A stretch of DNA of 64,000 nucleotides from Octopus sinensis (taxonomy: Eukaryota), in NCBI RefSeq assembly GCF_006345805.1, contig NC_043003.1:91946001-92010000 (forward strand), in the 5' to 3' direction. This document shows positions 1 through 13,900 of the stretch, in pieces. Made by a program: the position numbers and the translations under genes. The notes beneath the pieces were generated by a model. It did no database searches, was not told the DNA's origin, and worked only from the letters and a program-made list of their open reading frames with translations. The number at the start of each line of letters is the position of its first letter. The stretch's first letter is position 1.

Positions 1-106
1 TATGGATAGGTAACTAATACTAGTTCCATTTAATAGTTGAGTATTTAACCTTTAAAATACATGCATAAAAAATTTATCCTCATCATCATATCCCCCTTAC
101 CATGCT

Positions 107-200
107 TGCAATAGAAGGCACTTGTCCAAGGTACAATGCAATGGAACTAAACCTGGAACCATGTGGTTGACAAGCAAACTTCTTAACTAGATAGCCATGC
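107..200 (-). mobile_element. SINE family A, tRNA-like head fragment
   Basis: Reverse complement resembles the 5' part of the copy at 9725. Confidence 0.6.
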
Positions 201-765
201 TTGGAAATGATTCGCTTCATTTTCCAGTTTTTTGTATTTACTATTTGCTCTCAAACCATTTATAGATTTCTTGGTTTCTCCTATTTCATCTGTCAAAATT
301 AATAGTAGCTTTAATTATGTTTTGAAATTGAAATAATGGGGATAATATTTAAGTAGTCTTTTTTACTAACCAGATGATGTTATCCCTGAAGGGGATATAG
401 TTTTTACAAGATAGTGTAGAAATCACTACTTCTACCATCACTCTCTCTCAAGAAAAGCAGACTAAAGATATAAAGCTATAGGTGACTTATAAACATTTCA
501 AAGATGTTGATAAATCTAATTGATCAATCCATTAAATATTTTTCTGTTCTTAAGAGGGCGTGTCCCATAACACTGAGAATGAATAATATATATAATGTCA
601 GTACAAGACATGTTGTTATATGATATTATCTTGCATGTTAGTGTACATCAGAATAGAATTCTATATAGATATAATAGAACTCTTCTTACTTACAAAAAGT
701 GTATAGGTACATCAAAAGAGGTGATGTCAATTCAGTTATTGACTGCTTTATGTGTGTGTGTGTGT

Positions 766-804
<39 letters not shown>

Positions 805-997
805 AAATACTGTTTTGCATGTTGGAGAATACATCAGACTTAGAATTGTATATAGATATGGTGTAACTCTTTACCCTCACACATATTGGGATGTGTACTG
901 AGAAGTTATATCAATAACAATATACTTAATTATAAATAGTAGTTGAATTTGGTATGTCTCACATATTATACCAAAACATTTATTACACATTATATAT

Positions 998-1043
<46 letters not shown>

Positions 1044-2109
1044 TATTCCATAGAATATAGATGCATTTTGTTTTTCATAGTTTTTTTTTTTACTTTTTGC
1101 ATACTTAGCTGTTGTATGAGTGAATTAGTTATTTTTTGTAAATTTTAGTTCTGAAAATTCATAGTAGAAAGTATATGTAATGATGTACTTACATATTAAA
1201 TGTTGTATTTATTACTAGTACCCTTCTTGTGAATAGTATGTTTTATTTATTATAAGTTTATGTAGATTTATTAGCATTTATATAGATTTATTATTTGTAT
1301 TTTAACATTGATTGTAGAAGTTAAATGGTGTTATGTAACTATTATTAGTTCAACCCCTTTTTCATATTCAACTGTCCTTGAATCAGTAAATCAGGTCCAT
1401 TGTTAATACATTTAAAAGAGAGTGTTCATAGATTAACAAATTGCAAATATTTGAGTTGAAAGAATTTTTTTTATTAATAGATCATAGGTGTGTATCTTGT
1501 CTTTGGCACAACTCTGTATCCTTAACAAAGAAATTTAGCTCCATCAATGCCTCTGTCCACCTGGCCACAGCTATTTATGTAGCTTGCAGTAGTGAGCTTA
1601 CATTCCCTTCTACCTTGGCAAAATCTATAATAAACTGATAATGTTCCACCTCTAGGAGAGAGTGTTACATCTCGCTGATGCTTAATAACACAGAAACTAA
1701 TATAATTTCTCTCGTCCTTATACATTTTTGTAATATGTTTGATTCAAGTATACAGACAAATATCACTAAATCTGACTATTGCTGATTGCATAACCAAGCC
1801 CTAGTGTTGTTCTCAGCAAGATCTATTTGAGAGAGTTACAAGAAGTGATCTATAGTCTAAGGTTCAATCCCTTACTCCAACATTGTCAGGTTAAACATGT
1901 AGCATTATTTATTTAACATTTAATTCCTAAAACAGTCTGCTCTTGTGGAAAGTTTCTTTAGGCATTTCCGTTTTGTTTTTAGTTTCAACTGGAAAAATCT
2001 TTATTCCGGCTGGAAATTACTGGAGATTTGAAAATAGGTAGAGCTGGTGGGAAAGATGGTCATGACTTCATACAGTGATAATAGTACCCTAGTTTTCATG
2101 ATAATTTAA

Positions 2110-2600
2110 GAATCTCTCTCTCTCTCTTTCCTTCTCTCTTCACTTCCTTTCTATTCTGTTCTCATTTTTTGTTCTTTTTTTCTCCCACTCTCTCTATATG
2201 CTCCAATATTTCTTTCTCTCACCTTACACATACTTCTTTCTGCTCTCCTCTTTCTACCTCCTGTTTTGTTTTTTTTTGTTTTTACATCTTTCTTTCTATC
2301 CTCTTTCATTCCTATCGCTCACATTTTTCATTTTTCTGTCCATTTTTGCCTTTGTCATCTATTCCTCTTCCTATATCCTCCTCCTCCTGTATCCTCCTCC
2401 TCCCGTATCCTCCTCTTCCAATATCCTCCTCTTCCTCCCCACCACTTCACCTTCTCTACCTTCCATCTTCCTCTTCCTCCCCACCACTTCCCCTCCTCCT
2501 CTTCCTCATATCCTCCTCCTCCTCCCAACTTCCATACACCAACCTCTTCAATTATATTGCCAAGCTATTCATATTTTCTCCTCCTATCCCTTTCTCTTTC
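2110..2600. repeat. CT-rich low-complexity tract
   Basis: (CT)n, (CCT)n and TATCCTCCT repeats; source of spurious ORFs. Confidence 0.85.
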
Positions 2601-3967
2601 CCTTACTACTGGAAACTTCTTTATAATTTTCTACTATTGCAATGAACTGCATGGAGACTAGTTCTTTGTAACTGGAAAGAAACAGATGTTAAAATTCTGG
2701 AAACTCTTCTTTCAAAATCTCATTATCAGAGGTTATCATGCACACAACGCACATATGCCTCACACCACACAGTGCTTCTAATGGATTATTCTTTTGATTC
2801 AGTCTTTTTCTTACCATGTCTATTTTGTGCATTGTGCCATCATCCTCTTCCTCATCAATGATAATACAATCATTGTCTTTTGATTAACCTTGTTACTGTG
2901 AAAAGCAGATTTGTCCATTCAAAATTTCATTAATCTTGCATATACCAATCTATCTTTATGTGAAGAACATCATATTTGAAGCTATTTTTTATTGAGGGTA
3001 ACCTGGCTTGCAGAAGATACCAATTATATTTTTAGTAGATATTTAACATTGTCACTGGAAATACCATGAAATTTAATTTTGCAATTAATATAGTTGTTAT
3101 TAGCTCAGAAATGAAGTGTACAATATAACATCAAAGCATTAAAGCTGTTGTTTCATGTTTACTCTTGAAAGAAAGCTGTTGTGATTCATCTAGTGTGGGT
3201 TTTCTGAGGACGGTGTAACATGCTTTGGCTGATATTACTACAGCTATGATGACCACTGTACCACTTACCTCCACATTAATGTATAGTCTGTATTGAAAAT
3301 TTAGATTTTAAGTCCTCTTCTTCATCTCCAAATTAACATTCAGTTATAGAAATATTTAGATATTTACTTTATTTGAAAATTTTCATTGGTATACAATATT
3401 TTCCTTTAAGCATTATAATCCTGGTTATCTTCAGAGTTGTTCTGATCTCAAATCAACTTTTTATTCTGCTTATTACATTAGATTCTCTACAAAATAATTA
3501 ATTGGTCTTCTAGATCATATAAAGATGACTTCACATTAATTAAACTTATGATAAAATGTTGTACTTGTGGATCTAATGTAATGATCAATAAACTCAAACT
3601 GAAAGTTAAAGTTCAAACATGATTAATTGAGATATTCTTGTGTTTTGGAAACATAGCAGATAAGTGTCCCTTTCATTTATAACAATGATCTAGGACTTAA
3701 AAAATTATGTATATGGAAAACAGGGTACCTGACAACCACAGATAGTAACACCATTAGAAATGTTCTAAATAGCGCATTATGATAATTGTAGTAGCGGGTT
3801 ACTATAATTATTTCAATGATAAAAAATATAGTGACTGGTTATGAGCAGTGACTTAGTGGTTTAATTTAAGGTGAAATAATGTTACTTCTGATTGGTAATT
3901 TCTTTTCAAAAAACAAAACAAATTGTTCAAAGAGTAAAATAAACACAATTCCAGAAAAATTTAATAT

Positions 3968-4390
3968 TAATTAGATGGGCCCAATTGGACTATAATTAGA
4001 TTATAATGTGACGGGCCAAAATTGGATAGGTTGTAATAAAAGGGAGTGTAATTGGATGGACTTATAATTATATAGGCTTTAATTAGATGGACTGTAAGTA
4101 AGGTGAACCATAGTTATACAAGCCATAATTAAACGGGCTAAAATTAGGCCATAATTGGATGGATTATAACAAGACAGGCCATAATTAGATGGGCTATAAT
4201 TAGGCATGCCATAGACATGTTATAATAAAATAGACCATAATTAGGCTATAATTAGGCAGGCCATAATTAGACAGGCTTAAATTAGATGGTCCATAGTTGT
4301 GCCAAAAGTTGGGCCATAATCAGTTGAACTGTAGGTAGATGTACTAAAATTATATAGGCTATAATCTGATAGACTATAATTTATATAAGT
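3968..4390. repeat. Degenerate ~15-bp minisatellite (ATAATTAGATGGGCC-like)
   Basis: Many variants of ataatt(a/g)g...ggcc/ggct at roughly 15-bp spacing. Confidence 0.7.
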
Positions 4391-7101
4391 ACGAATATTA
4401 TAAAGTTCTGGATAAGCTTCCAAATGTTTACGTCTGTACCATAGATTCTCGTTTGAGTCATTTTCACTTAACTCTTTGTGTGATTATTTCTGGTAATTAG
4501 TCAACAATATCCTAGAAAGAAATAATGCCCTTGGCGCATTAAATATTTATGGATCTCCAGTTAGCCTGTTTTTTTTCCCTTTTTTTGTATCATATTGTAC
4601 ATCTAATTGTAGTTTCTTTAATACTTTGAGGTGGGATAGATGGTAGGAATAAGAGCTATGAAACCAAGATATCTCATGTATCCATTCTCATCATTCTTAC
4701 TGAAAGATATGTTTTCTACTGCAAAAAGAGTGGTTTTTATTGATTGTATTCTTTCTTTTAACAGGTAATATGAAAGTTATTAAGACTTTTTTTAAAAACT
4801 TTTTTGAGTGTGTGTAATGCTGAAAACTGGGTTTCTGCATGAAGATTAACAAATCTAATTATTATTATCCCAATACTTGTTTCTCATTTCGTCCATTCTT
4901 CCAATTTTATAAACTTTTCAATTAATTTCCTTGCTAAATATACTGTTTGTTTTCAAATGCCTTTTTTTTATTATGAAATGTTTCATTCTAATGGCTTATT
5001 TGATTTTGAATAATTTTCTTGTTAAATTCAGTGTTTGATTTTAAATGCCTTTTATTGAAATTAATTTCAGTTTTTTATTTTAAAAGTTTTCATTAAAAAT
5101 TGATTGCTGTTTTTAATTACATCTCTCACTTTCATTTCTTTCACTGAATGAAAGGAGACAAGTTGTTAAATTGTCTTGCTTTATCAATTTGTTCACAGTA
5201 CTTCATTTACAGTTATTGAGTTATGATTTAGTTATTTTACACTTTAGAAGTTATATACTTTCATTCTCTCCGTTTGTGATCTCTACCCACCCACATTCTA
5301 AGTTCTACTGTTTCCATTCGCGTATATTCTTCACGTATGTTGAGGGTCCACACAGACATCTTACTACTATTTTTATATCTTTGTAGTTCTATCCTGATTG
5401 TTCACCCTCCCCTCTTCTAAAAAGTGAGTTGACATGTAGCTCCTCTACTGCAAGAAACTTGCTCTGCTCTGGTTCCTCCTCCCTTAGTTAAATTCTCCCC
5501 CCCTCCTTGCATGAATCTACCTCCCTTGATGTTTATAGTCTTGCAAGCTATGTGGTGACCTCACTAGTACTGGTGCAATGAAAATAGCACCTGGTACATG
5601 CTGTAAAGTGTATGATGTTGGGAAGGGTATCCAGATATAGAAACTTGAGCAAAGCAGATTTTGGAGTATGATGCAGTCCTTAGACCTGTCAGATCCTGTC
5701 AAATCATCCAACCCATGCCAAGATGGAACATGGACATTAAATGATGATGATATTTATCAGATGTTATGTTGTATTGGAACCTATTTTAAAGTTTTCCACC
5801 TGATAGATATGTCTTCTCTTAATAAGATACAAATCTGCCACAAGTCTTTTGTAGGAAACAAAATGCCAATTATTGATATTGTATTGAACTAATCACTCAT
5901 CAACCATGAAATCTGCCAAAGGTGTTTTGTAATGTGCTTAGACTGTACATCTACTTTTACACACCTTAACCTTTTTATTAACATATTTCTGTTGAAATAC
6001 ACTACTTTTGTTTTAATTAATTGTGAAAATATTGAAGAATATAATAAAACAACTTTGTCGTTACTAAGCTGGTGTTTGGATCATGAATTGACATAAAATT
6101 TTGATGAGCAGTATTAACTTAGATCAATTTAAAATTGGAAATTTGTACTATAGAACCAGAGGCAATCTCAAGCAGGTTAGTATCAAAAGGGTTAATTTAT
6201 CAAAATTGTAAGATTGTCTAGTGCTGTTATTTGCAATTGACTTGTATCCTACCCCTAATGTGGAGTGGTGGGATCCACCCTGTCATAATTGACACCATGA
6301 AACAAGAATTAAGTAAAAGTCCCTTCTGGCTACTGGAAGTATTAAGTTATATAGATTGCATATCATGGATTTTGCTTACAGCAGGATTATAACTTAACAC
6401 CTCAAGCTAATAAATCTCTTCTACATAGATATGTAGAATATAAATCTCTTCTACATATTTAGTTTGGTGCACTGAGCCATTGGAGATTTTGTGTGTGTGT
6501 GTGTGTGTGGGCAGAGAGCATAGATAGAGAGTAACTCTCTCCTCCTCCTCTATCTCATTCAGTTTAGTGCAACTTGCCTCTAGCACATGTAAATCCAAAC
6601 ATCCTGCTTTAGAGATACAAGATCAATCATAATATTCTTTACTTTACAAAACCAACTCCTCCTCATTCTCCTCTTAGCTTAACATCTAGGCTGTATAGGT
6701 AAAACTGTAATAGTTGACAAAAACTGCTTCCCTCCAAGGAAGGTTATTTTTGTGTTTATTTATTAATTCATTTATGTTATATATTAATGTTTTATTATTT
6801 TTGTTTTGTTTGATTTAAAAAAAAAATTTTAATTCATCTAAACTTTTTCTGGTTTCATTTGAAGCATGACGGTGCGCTTTTGTTCATGGTTTCCATCTTT
6901 TTGGAACAACTGCCATTTCATTTATATGATTTTTTCTTTTTTTTAATATATATGTGTGTGTGTGAAGTATTATTACTGTTAAAAACAGTAATAACGAGGT
7001 GGCTAGCAAAACTTCTACCTAAACAGGTATAAAATATTTAAAGAAAAGAAGGGTAAAGATATCTTTAATCTTTTAGCAAGCGGTATTTTTACCCTTCTTT
7101 T

Positions 7102-7104
<3 letters not shown>

Positions 7105-7181
<77 letters not shown>

Positions 7182-7199
7182 TATATATATATACATATA
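7105..7199. repeat. (TA)n microsatellite; similar tracts at 23768, 25010, 25800, 27590, 48310, 50735-51003, 52262, 55555 and 57700
   Basis: Direct reading. Confidence 0.95.
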
Positions 7200-8724
7200 T
7201 TTTTCATGTTACTCATCACTGCTTGGTTTTATTATTTGTTCTTGTTTTACTAAATTGTTCTTTGATTTTTGCAATGGAAGTTACATGGTAATAATAATAA
7301 GGTTTAGAGAAACAAAGGATCTGTTCTTTGGTTTTTTTTGTTTTGTTTTTTTTGTATACAAGTACAGAAAGCCTTTTAATATCTGTTATTAAATTTTTTA
7401 ACTTTTCATCTAGCGCTTGTGAATGTTTGTGCTTCTACTGTAGAGGCACAAGCTTGATGAAAAATTCTTAAAATGTAATAACAAATATTTGAATACTTTC
7501 TGCATCTGTATATAAATAAACCAAAGAATAGTTCCTTCATTTTTGATGAGCCTTATCATTATGACCAATAGGTTATTCTGTACACTATCAAAAGTGATTA
7601 TATGCACACACACACACACATACATAAGCACAAATGCATACATACAATTTTTGTTTCTATTTTAGCAATATTTAGCTTCATCTTGCCTCTTGTTCATGTT
7701 CTTGCTTCTTGTTCATTTAATTTATTATTTCTTCCTTCTGCTTCCCTCTTTGTCTTATCTTGAAGAACTTTGATCTGAAATATCTAAAGTACTTAACTTA
7801 ATAAGTCTGTACTTTTGTATTTTGCATTTTACTATGAGACTGCATTTCTGTCAATGCCTGGCAGAAATATAAGTATTAAGGACTTTACCCAAACAAGAGA
7901 TATATTAAGTAGTTGATCTATACATGAAAAAAGCTGGCAGTTTTTCTCTTTATCCTCGACAGGTTTGCATCACATTGCAATGAAAGAGTTTATCTTAGTC
8001 CTGTGAATTACCGCATAGTTCCAGCAGGGTGTGTGGATCAAACATTTATACAATCATTGACCATTTAATATTGGATTCCTACTATACTCTCTATATTCCC
8101 AATCCTTAGTGTTCTAACTGTAAATCATGCTGTATTGCTTTTTGTTTTTCATCTCTACAAGGGTGGTCAAATATATCGCTAATGTACTGGGGTCAATTCA
8201 GCTAATGATTTCTTTCAAATTAAGCAAGTGGTCCAAGAAAGAAACCAATTTTGAACTAATGTAAAGTGTAATCCAGTGGAAAGGAAGTAATGGTAAAAAA
8301 CAAAACAAAACAATAAGAGAAATAATTAGGAATTTCTCTTGATTTGCACAAATCAACAGGGATGTTTGCTTATAACACCAGACTTAGTTATCAATTTATC
8401 AGGTTTCCAATAGGTTCCATATATTTCCAAAATGAGATTTTCTTATTGGTTCAGGTTTATGAACTCTACCATTCTATAGCAATAAACCGTCTATTGTGAC
8501 CCTTCTCTGCACTTTACATCTTTACCATCATTTATTGCTTTGATTCGAAGTTTCTCTTTGATTGAATTTTCTAAACTGATGTCACATCTATGCCAGCTGT
8601 GCATGCCTGCTGCAGCTTTCTGTATACCATATTTTTCTTGTTATTGCTTAAATGATGTTAGTGCATATGCAAAGAATTACATAATAGCTTAGAAAGTACA
8701 ACAGTGCTAAAATATTGCTTTCAG

Positions 8725-8843
8725 ATGCTCCTCCACGCCCACCACTGCCAAGTGATGCCTGTCCTCCAAGACCTCCACCTCCAGAGACTGATGACGAGGA
8801 TGAATCTGCTTTCCCAGTGCCACAAGTCAATCAACCAATCATG
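8725..8843 (+). CDS. VCL: Vinculin exon, proline-rich hinge (partial gene; upstream exons outside window)
   Basis: ttgctttcag acceptor, gtaagt donor; encodes (D)APPRPPLPSDACPPRPPPPETDDEDESAFPVPQVNQPIM, matching the vinculin hinge; phase 1 in, phase 0 out. Confidence 0.93.
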
Positions 8844-9724
8844 GTAAGTAGATCAATGATATGTAAGTTGTGAGTAATTGAATGTTGCATCATCATTAAT
8901 CAATTGACTGATAAAGTCTGCTGGTGGATTTCACACAAGGTGACTGCATGTCATTAGTTGGGCGTCACAGAAGTTGATGTTTGTTTAATTGGCAACCACA
9001 GTAGAAATGTATGTTAGCCATTATAGAGATGTGATGCATTAGACATCATGCTGGATATGATATGGTTGTTAGATTCTGCTTTGTGAACATGATGTGTATG
9101 CTGTACATCTCATGGCTGACATCATTTGTGAATTTTAACCACAGAGCTGACATCATTTGTGAGAGTCAACCTCATAACTGGCGTAATGCCTGAGTGTCCA
9201 ACATGCAACTGAATCTACATGTGACTATCCATGGTTGACATTATACGTTAGAAGACAGACACTACACAGTTGAGATGAAGTAGCATGCACACCGTACAGC
9301 TGATACAGTTTGTTAGTTGCCACAAATAGGGAATAGCATAAAGGTAACAGTTTTAGTCAAAAGACCACTTTACTTAGTATGTTAGTGGGTACCACACAGT
9401 TGAGATTGATTGGAACAGCACAATTCATTATAGGTATTTTATTTAATTCACTACTTGGATAACATAGTATTTATTAGTGAATACTACACAGTGGTAGGTG
9501 TCTGTTGGCACCACACACATGACACTTATTTCATTGGGACGCATGTCTTTATGAAACAGTGGAATACTTTGTGTTAGCAGACATTCCATGAATGAAACAA
9601 TATGCTGGCTGCACAACAGTGTGGAATAGAGGAATGTTAATCAGTGCCAGACAAATATCATAATAGTCTGTTTAGTTCAGTCACCATTTATTCTTTCATA
9701 TCAATCTTCCATTTCGTAAAGAGA

Positions 9725-10118
9725 GGCGGCAGGAGTGGCTGTGTGGTAAGTAGCTTGCTTACGAACCACATGGTTCCGGGTTCAGTCCCACTGCATGGCA
9801 CCTTGGGCAAGTGTCTTCTACTATAGCCTCGGAGTGGATTTGGTAGACGGAAACTGAAAGAAGCCCGTTGTATATATATGTATGTGTGTGAGTATATGTT
9901 TGTGTGTCTGTGTTTGTCCCCCCCAACATCTCTTGACAACTGATGCTGGTGTGCTTATGTTCCTGTAACTTAGCAGTTCAGCAAAAGAGACTGATAGAAT
10001 AAGTACTAGGCTTACAAAGAATAAGCCCTGGGGTCGATTTGCTCAACTAAGGACGGTGCTCCAGCATGGCCACAGTCAAATGACTGAAACAAGTAAAGGA
10101 GTAAAGGGCAAAGAGAGT
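9725..10118 (+). mobile_element. tRNA-derived SINE family A, near full length
   Basis: Head GGCAGGAGTGGCTGTGTGGTAAG...GGTTCAGTCCC (A/B-box-like), central TA/TG tract, tail ...ATGACTGAAACAAGTAAAG; related copies elsewhere in the window. Confidence 0.85.
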
Positions 10119-10570
10119 AGGAAAGGTAGTCAACTATGTAAGAGCTGTTATGCATTGAAGAATGGCCGACCTGTGTATGTCATTAGTTTCTATCATTAAA
10201 TCTAATATTACATTCAATCTGATCATGCATGTCTTTTGCAAATTCCTCCAACATGATCAGGTTCTGGAGCTTAACTTATTTTTTTCTTGATTCTAAAGAG
10301 TAGTCGGTCATATATTTGGTCTTAGATTGGCCAAAGAATACCCAGTCAAAATTTATATTTTGCTAGTATTTCTGCTATTGTTTCCTCTATCCATAATAAA
10401 GTCTGAGCTTGTAGCCTTCCGTATGAAAATCCAACACCTAAACCACTTTTTTCTTCTCATCACTCTCTGGCTTTAGGATATAAGAGGATTACGTTATAAA
10501 ATTAATATTCATTTGAACCAAATGACTGGAGTGGGAACAAGATGAATAATAATAATAATAATAATAATAA

Positions 10571-10785
10571 TCCCTTCTACTATAGGCACAAGGCCTGAAA
10601 TTGGTGGGGAGGGGGATAGTCAATTACATTGACCCCAGTATTCAACTGGTACTTAATTAATCGACCCTGAAAAGATGAAAGGCAATTTTAACCTCAGCAG
10701 AATTTGAACTCAGAACATAGCAGCTGACGAAATACTGCTAAGCATTTCACCCAGTATGCTAACAATTCTGCCAGCTCACCGCCTT
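10571..10785 (-). mobile_element. SINE family B
   Basis: Reverse complement reads GGCGGTGAGCTGGCAGAA...TTCTGAGTTCAAAT...GCCTTTCATC; followed by an opposite-strand copy at about 10838-11070. Confidence 0.8.
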
Positions 10786-11119
10786 AATAATAATAATAAT
10801 AATAATAATAATAGAAATAATAATAATAATAATAATAAGAGCAGTGGAATGGCAAAATTGTTAGAGCATTGGAAATGTAACCAACCAGAACATATGCCTT
10901 GCAGCATTTGTTCTGGTTGATTACATTCTGTGTTCAAACCTTGCTGAGGTCAACTTTGCCTTTCATTCTTTTGGTGTCGATAAAATAAAGTACCAGTCAA
11001 GTATTGGAGTCAGTGTTATCAACTAGTACTCTTCCTTCAAAATTGTTGGCCTTGTGCCTATAATAGAAAGAATTATCATCATTGTTATTAACGGAGTTTT
11101 TTCTCTTATCCCTTACCAG

Positions 11120-11235
11120 ATGGCAGCTCATGACCTACATATGGAAACCAAGCAATGGTCTAGTAAAGACAATGAAATTATTGTAGCTGCAAAGAAAATG
11201 GCTCTTCTACTTGCGAAACTCTCCCATCTTGTTAG
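11120..11235 (+). CDS. VCL: Vinculin exon, tail domain start
   Basis: cccttaccag / gtgag sites; MAAHDLHMETKQWSSKDNEIIVAAKKMALLLAKLSHLV(R), like vertebrate ...KWSSKGNDIIAAAKRMALL; phase 0 in, phase 2 out. Confidence 0.96.
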
Positions 11236-11909
11236 GTGAGAGATTTATTTGATCAACATTACTTTAAATACTCCATTACTAATGTGATTGTTTTCAGCTG
11301 CATCTTTTTAGACTTTGCAGGGCCTCCAGGGACCAGTTGTTATGAGTTGTATGTTTTATAACAACATACAATAAAGATAAAAATGGTTTTAATTTAGATT
11401 AAATAATTCGTTCAATCAGCTACTTCCATATCATGGATCTATTCAGCTAGAGTTGACCACAGCAACAAGAAGAAACATCAGGAATCAACATGGTCACTTA
11501 ACATGCTTGAAAAAGCTGCCTAACTTTCCCCAAATTGTACTCTGTCTTCAAAAACAAACACATTGGATGTGTCCAAGGTTGACTATGTATTGTACCTTTG
11601 AGCAAAGCACTTGAAATGATTTTATGTTGCACCAATTCATTCAGATGAAAATGAATTCCAGTGACAGCTGGAAGTAGGTTAACTAGTGCTCATTCAAAGA
11701 ATTTTCTTGTATTCTCATCTACTGAAATGCCATGGAACCTGGAATAAACTCTGGCTTAATGTGCCTGTAGCATCACATTTTATACTAGTAATTCTGTATA
11801 AAAAATCCTCAACCAGTATACTATTAAAACTACTTTATTGTAAATCAGGAAAATTTAATAATTTATTGTTTAAAAAAAACTTTTTTTGTCAATTTCCTAA
11901 TTTCTTTAT

Positions 11910-12330
11910 CATCATTAAACGTCTGCTTTCCATGCTAGCATGGGTTGGACGATTTGACTGAGGTCTGGCGAACCAGACTCCAATCTGATCTGGCAGAGTT
12001 TCTACAGCTGGATGCCCTTCCTAACGCCAACCACTCCGAGAGTGTAGAGGGTGCTTTTACATGCCACTGGCATGAGGACTAGTTTGGTGGTACTGGCAAC
12101 GGCCACGCCCAGATAGTGCTTTTTACGTGCCACCTGCATAGGAGCCAGTCCAGCGGCACTGGTGACGACCTCGCTCAAATGTTTTACTTGCCACCAGCAC
12201 AAGTGCTAGTAAGGCAACGCGGTAACGATCACGCTCAAATGGTGTGTTTAACGTGCCATCGGCACGAAGGCCAGCTTGTTGCTCTGGCAACGATCTCACT
12301 CATATGGTATTCTTAGCGCTCCACTAGCAA
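11910..12330 (-). mobile_element. 3' tail of an RTE-like LINE or derived SINE
   Basis: TTCCATGCTAGCATGGGTTGGACG...CTGGATGCCCTTCCTAACGCCAACCAC shared with 56075-56232, 34310-34352 and 16130-16190; (CAT)n end. Confidence 0.65.
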
Positions 12331-13218
12331 TGGATGCCAGTCATTGAGTTTGATTTTGACTTCGATTTCTTTATATAAATTTCTTTATATTTCAGAAAAT
12401 TATTTTTGTCATATTGTTTACTTTTATGCTTTAAATTGCTTATGTTTTTTGTAATATCTGATATATATTATGATTTTACTATTGTATAAAAATATCACTT
12501 ATATTAAATTCAATTAATTAGGTCTAACTATTAGTAAAAAAAAACTCTAAATTTAAAAGACAGATCTAGAATTTCTCTTATTGTTCAATACATACCAAGC
12601 TGGTACCTCTATTGTCAACCATGTTACCACCATGTTACATAATTGAATTTGTCTTCCATATTCTGTTGAAATTAATGGTGTCTTTTTTTTTTTTAATATC
12701 TGTCTGATATCTTTGTATTTCTGTGTTTGTTGGATAAAGATACTGTGAAAACTGTTAGAATGTACGAAAGCTGTGTGTCATGCAGTGTGAAAATTGTGTG
12801 TGACACTGTGGCTAGTTTCTATTAGTGAGTTTTTTTCATGTTTTCTTTTCCTGTCCTCTAAGTTGTGTAGTTTGGCTCTGTAGCATCAAAGAATTGTCAC
12901 TTCAACAATATAGAGAAGAAAATAGCTGAAGGCAATGTGAAACACATGAAACAAGCAAGCAGAACTACAGACACACACACACACTCTGTATCTCTCTCTG
13001 TCTCTCTCTTCTTTTTTTCTTTCTCTGTCTATTTATTTCCATTGCAATCTTCAGAAATGTTTTCCTATTCTTGAGGGACTATACTAATAGGCATTATGAA
13101 AAGACATACAGCTGTAAGCTGTTGGAGATGTGAATTACTCTGATGATGGTGATGTTTTGTTAAGCTTTATGTCCGTATTTCAACTTTTCCTATGATAATA
13201 TATTGTTTATTATTAAAA

Positions 13219-13900
13219 GGTGGCAGAATTAGCATGCCAAGGAATATGCTAGCAGCATTTCTTCCAGCTCTTTATGTTCTGAGTTCAAATCCCACCTAGG
13301 TCAACATTGCCTTTCATCCTTTTGGTATCAGTAAAATAAGTATCAGTTGAGAACTTGGGGTGGGGGGCAATATAATTGACTTCCCCTTCTTTCAAAATTT
13401 CTAGCCTTGTGCCAATATTAGAAAGGATCATCATCATCATCATCATCATCAACACCACCACCACCATCATCATCATCGTCATTATTATTATAATAATAAT
13501 AGGATGGGAAGCCAGCAGAATCATTAGTGCATCAGACAAAACGTTTTCTTGTAGCTCTTTACATACTGAACTCAGAACCTGCTGAATTCAGTTTTGTATT
13601 TCATCCCTTCAAGGTTGGTAAATCAAAGTAGCAGTCAAGTGCAGGAATTGGTGTAATAACATTGTGTCCTTGAGCTAGACACTTTATTTCACATTGCTCC
13701 AGTCCACTCAGCTGGCAAAAATGAATTGTACCAGTGATTCAAAGGGCCAACCTTGTCACATTCTGTGTCATGCTGAATCTTCCTGAGAACTACATTAAGG
13801 GTATCCATGTCTGTGGGGTGCTCAGCTGCTTGCATGTTAATTTCAGTAGTAGGCTGTTCTGTTAACTGGATCCCTTGTCATAACCAACAGAGTGCCAGAA
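13219..13900 (+). mobile_element. Cluster of SINE family B copies plus another SINE body
   Basis: Two TTCTGAGTTCAAAT/GCCTTTCATCC-type copies separated by (CAT)n, then a GTGTCCTTGAGC...CCAGTCCACTCAGCTG segment. Confidence 0.65.

Noticed and set aside
2169-2661. Pro/Ser-rich ORFs as the missing vinculin hinge exon
   Set aside because: All three frames are open only because the tract is CT-rich; no recognisable vinculin sequence or flanking splice sites.
6690-6698. 9-nt phase-1 microexon (CTAG|GCTGTATAG|GTAAAA)
   Set aside because: Competing AG 12 nt upstream and only a moderate donor; easily a chance match.
7963-8028. Strong acceptor TTTTTCTCTTTATCCTCGACAG
   Set aside because: No convincing donor gives a phase compatible with the hinge exon; the phase-1 frame hits TGA.
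9114-9161. 17-bp direct repeat GCTGACATCATTTGTGA, two copies 31 bp apart
   Set aside because: Ordinary local slippage duplication.
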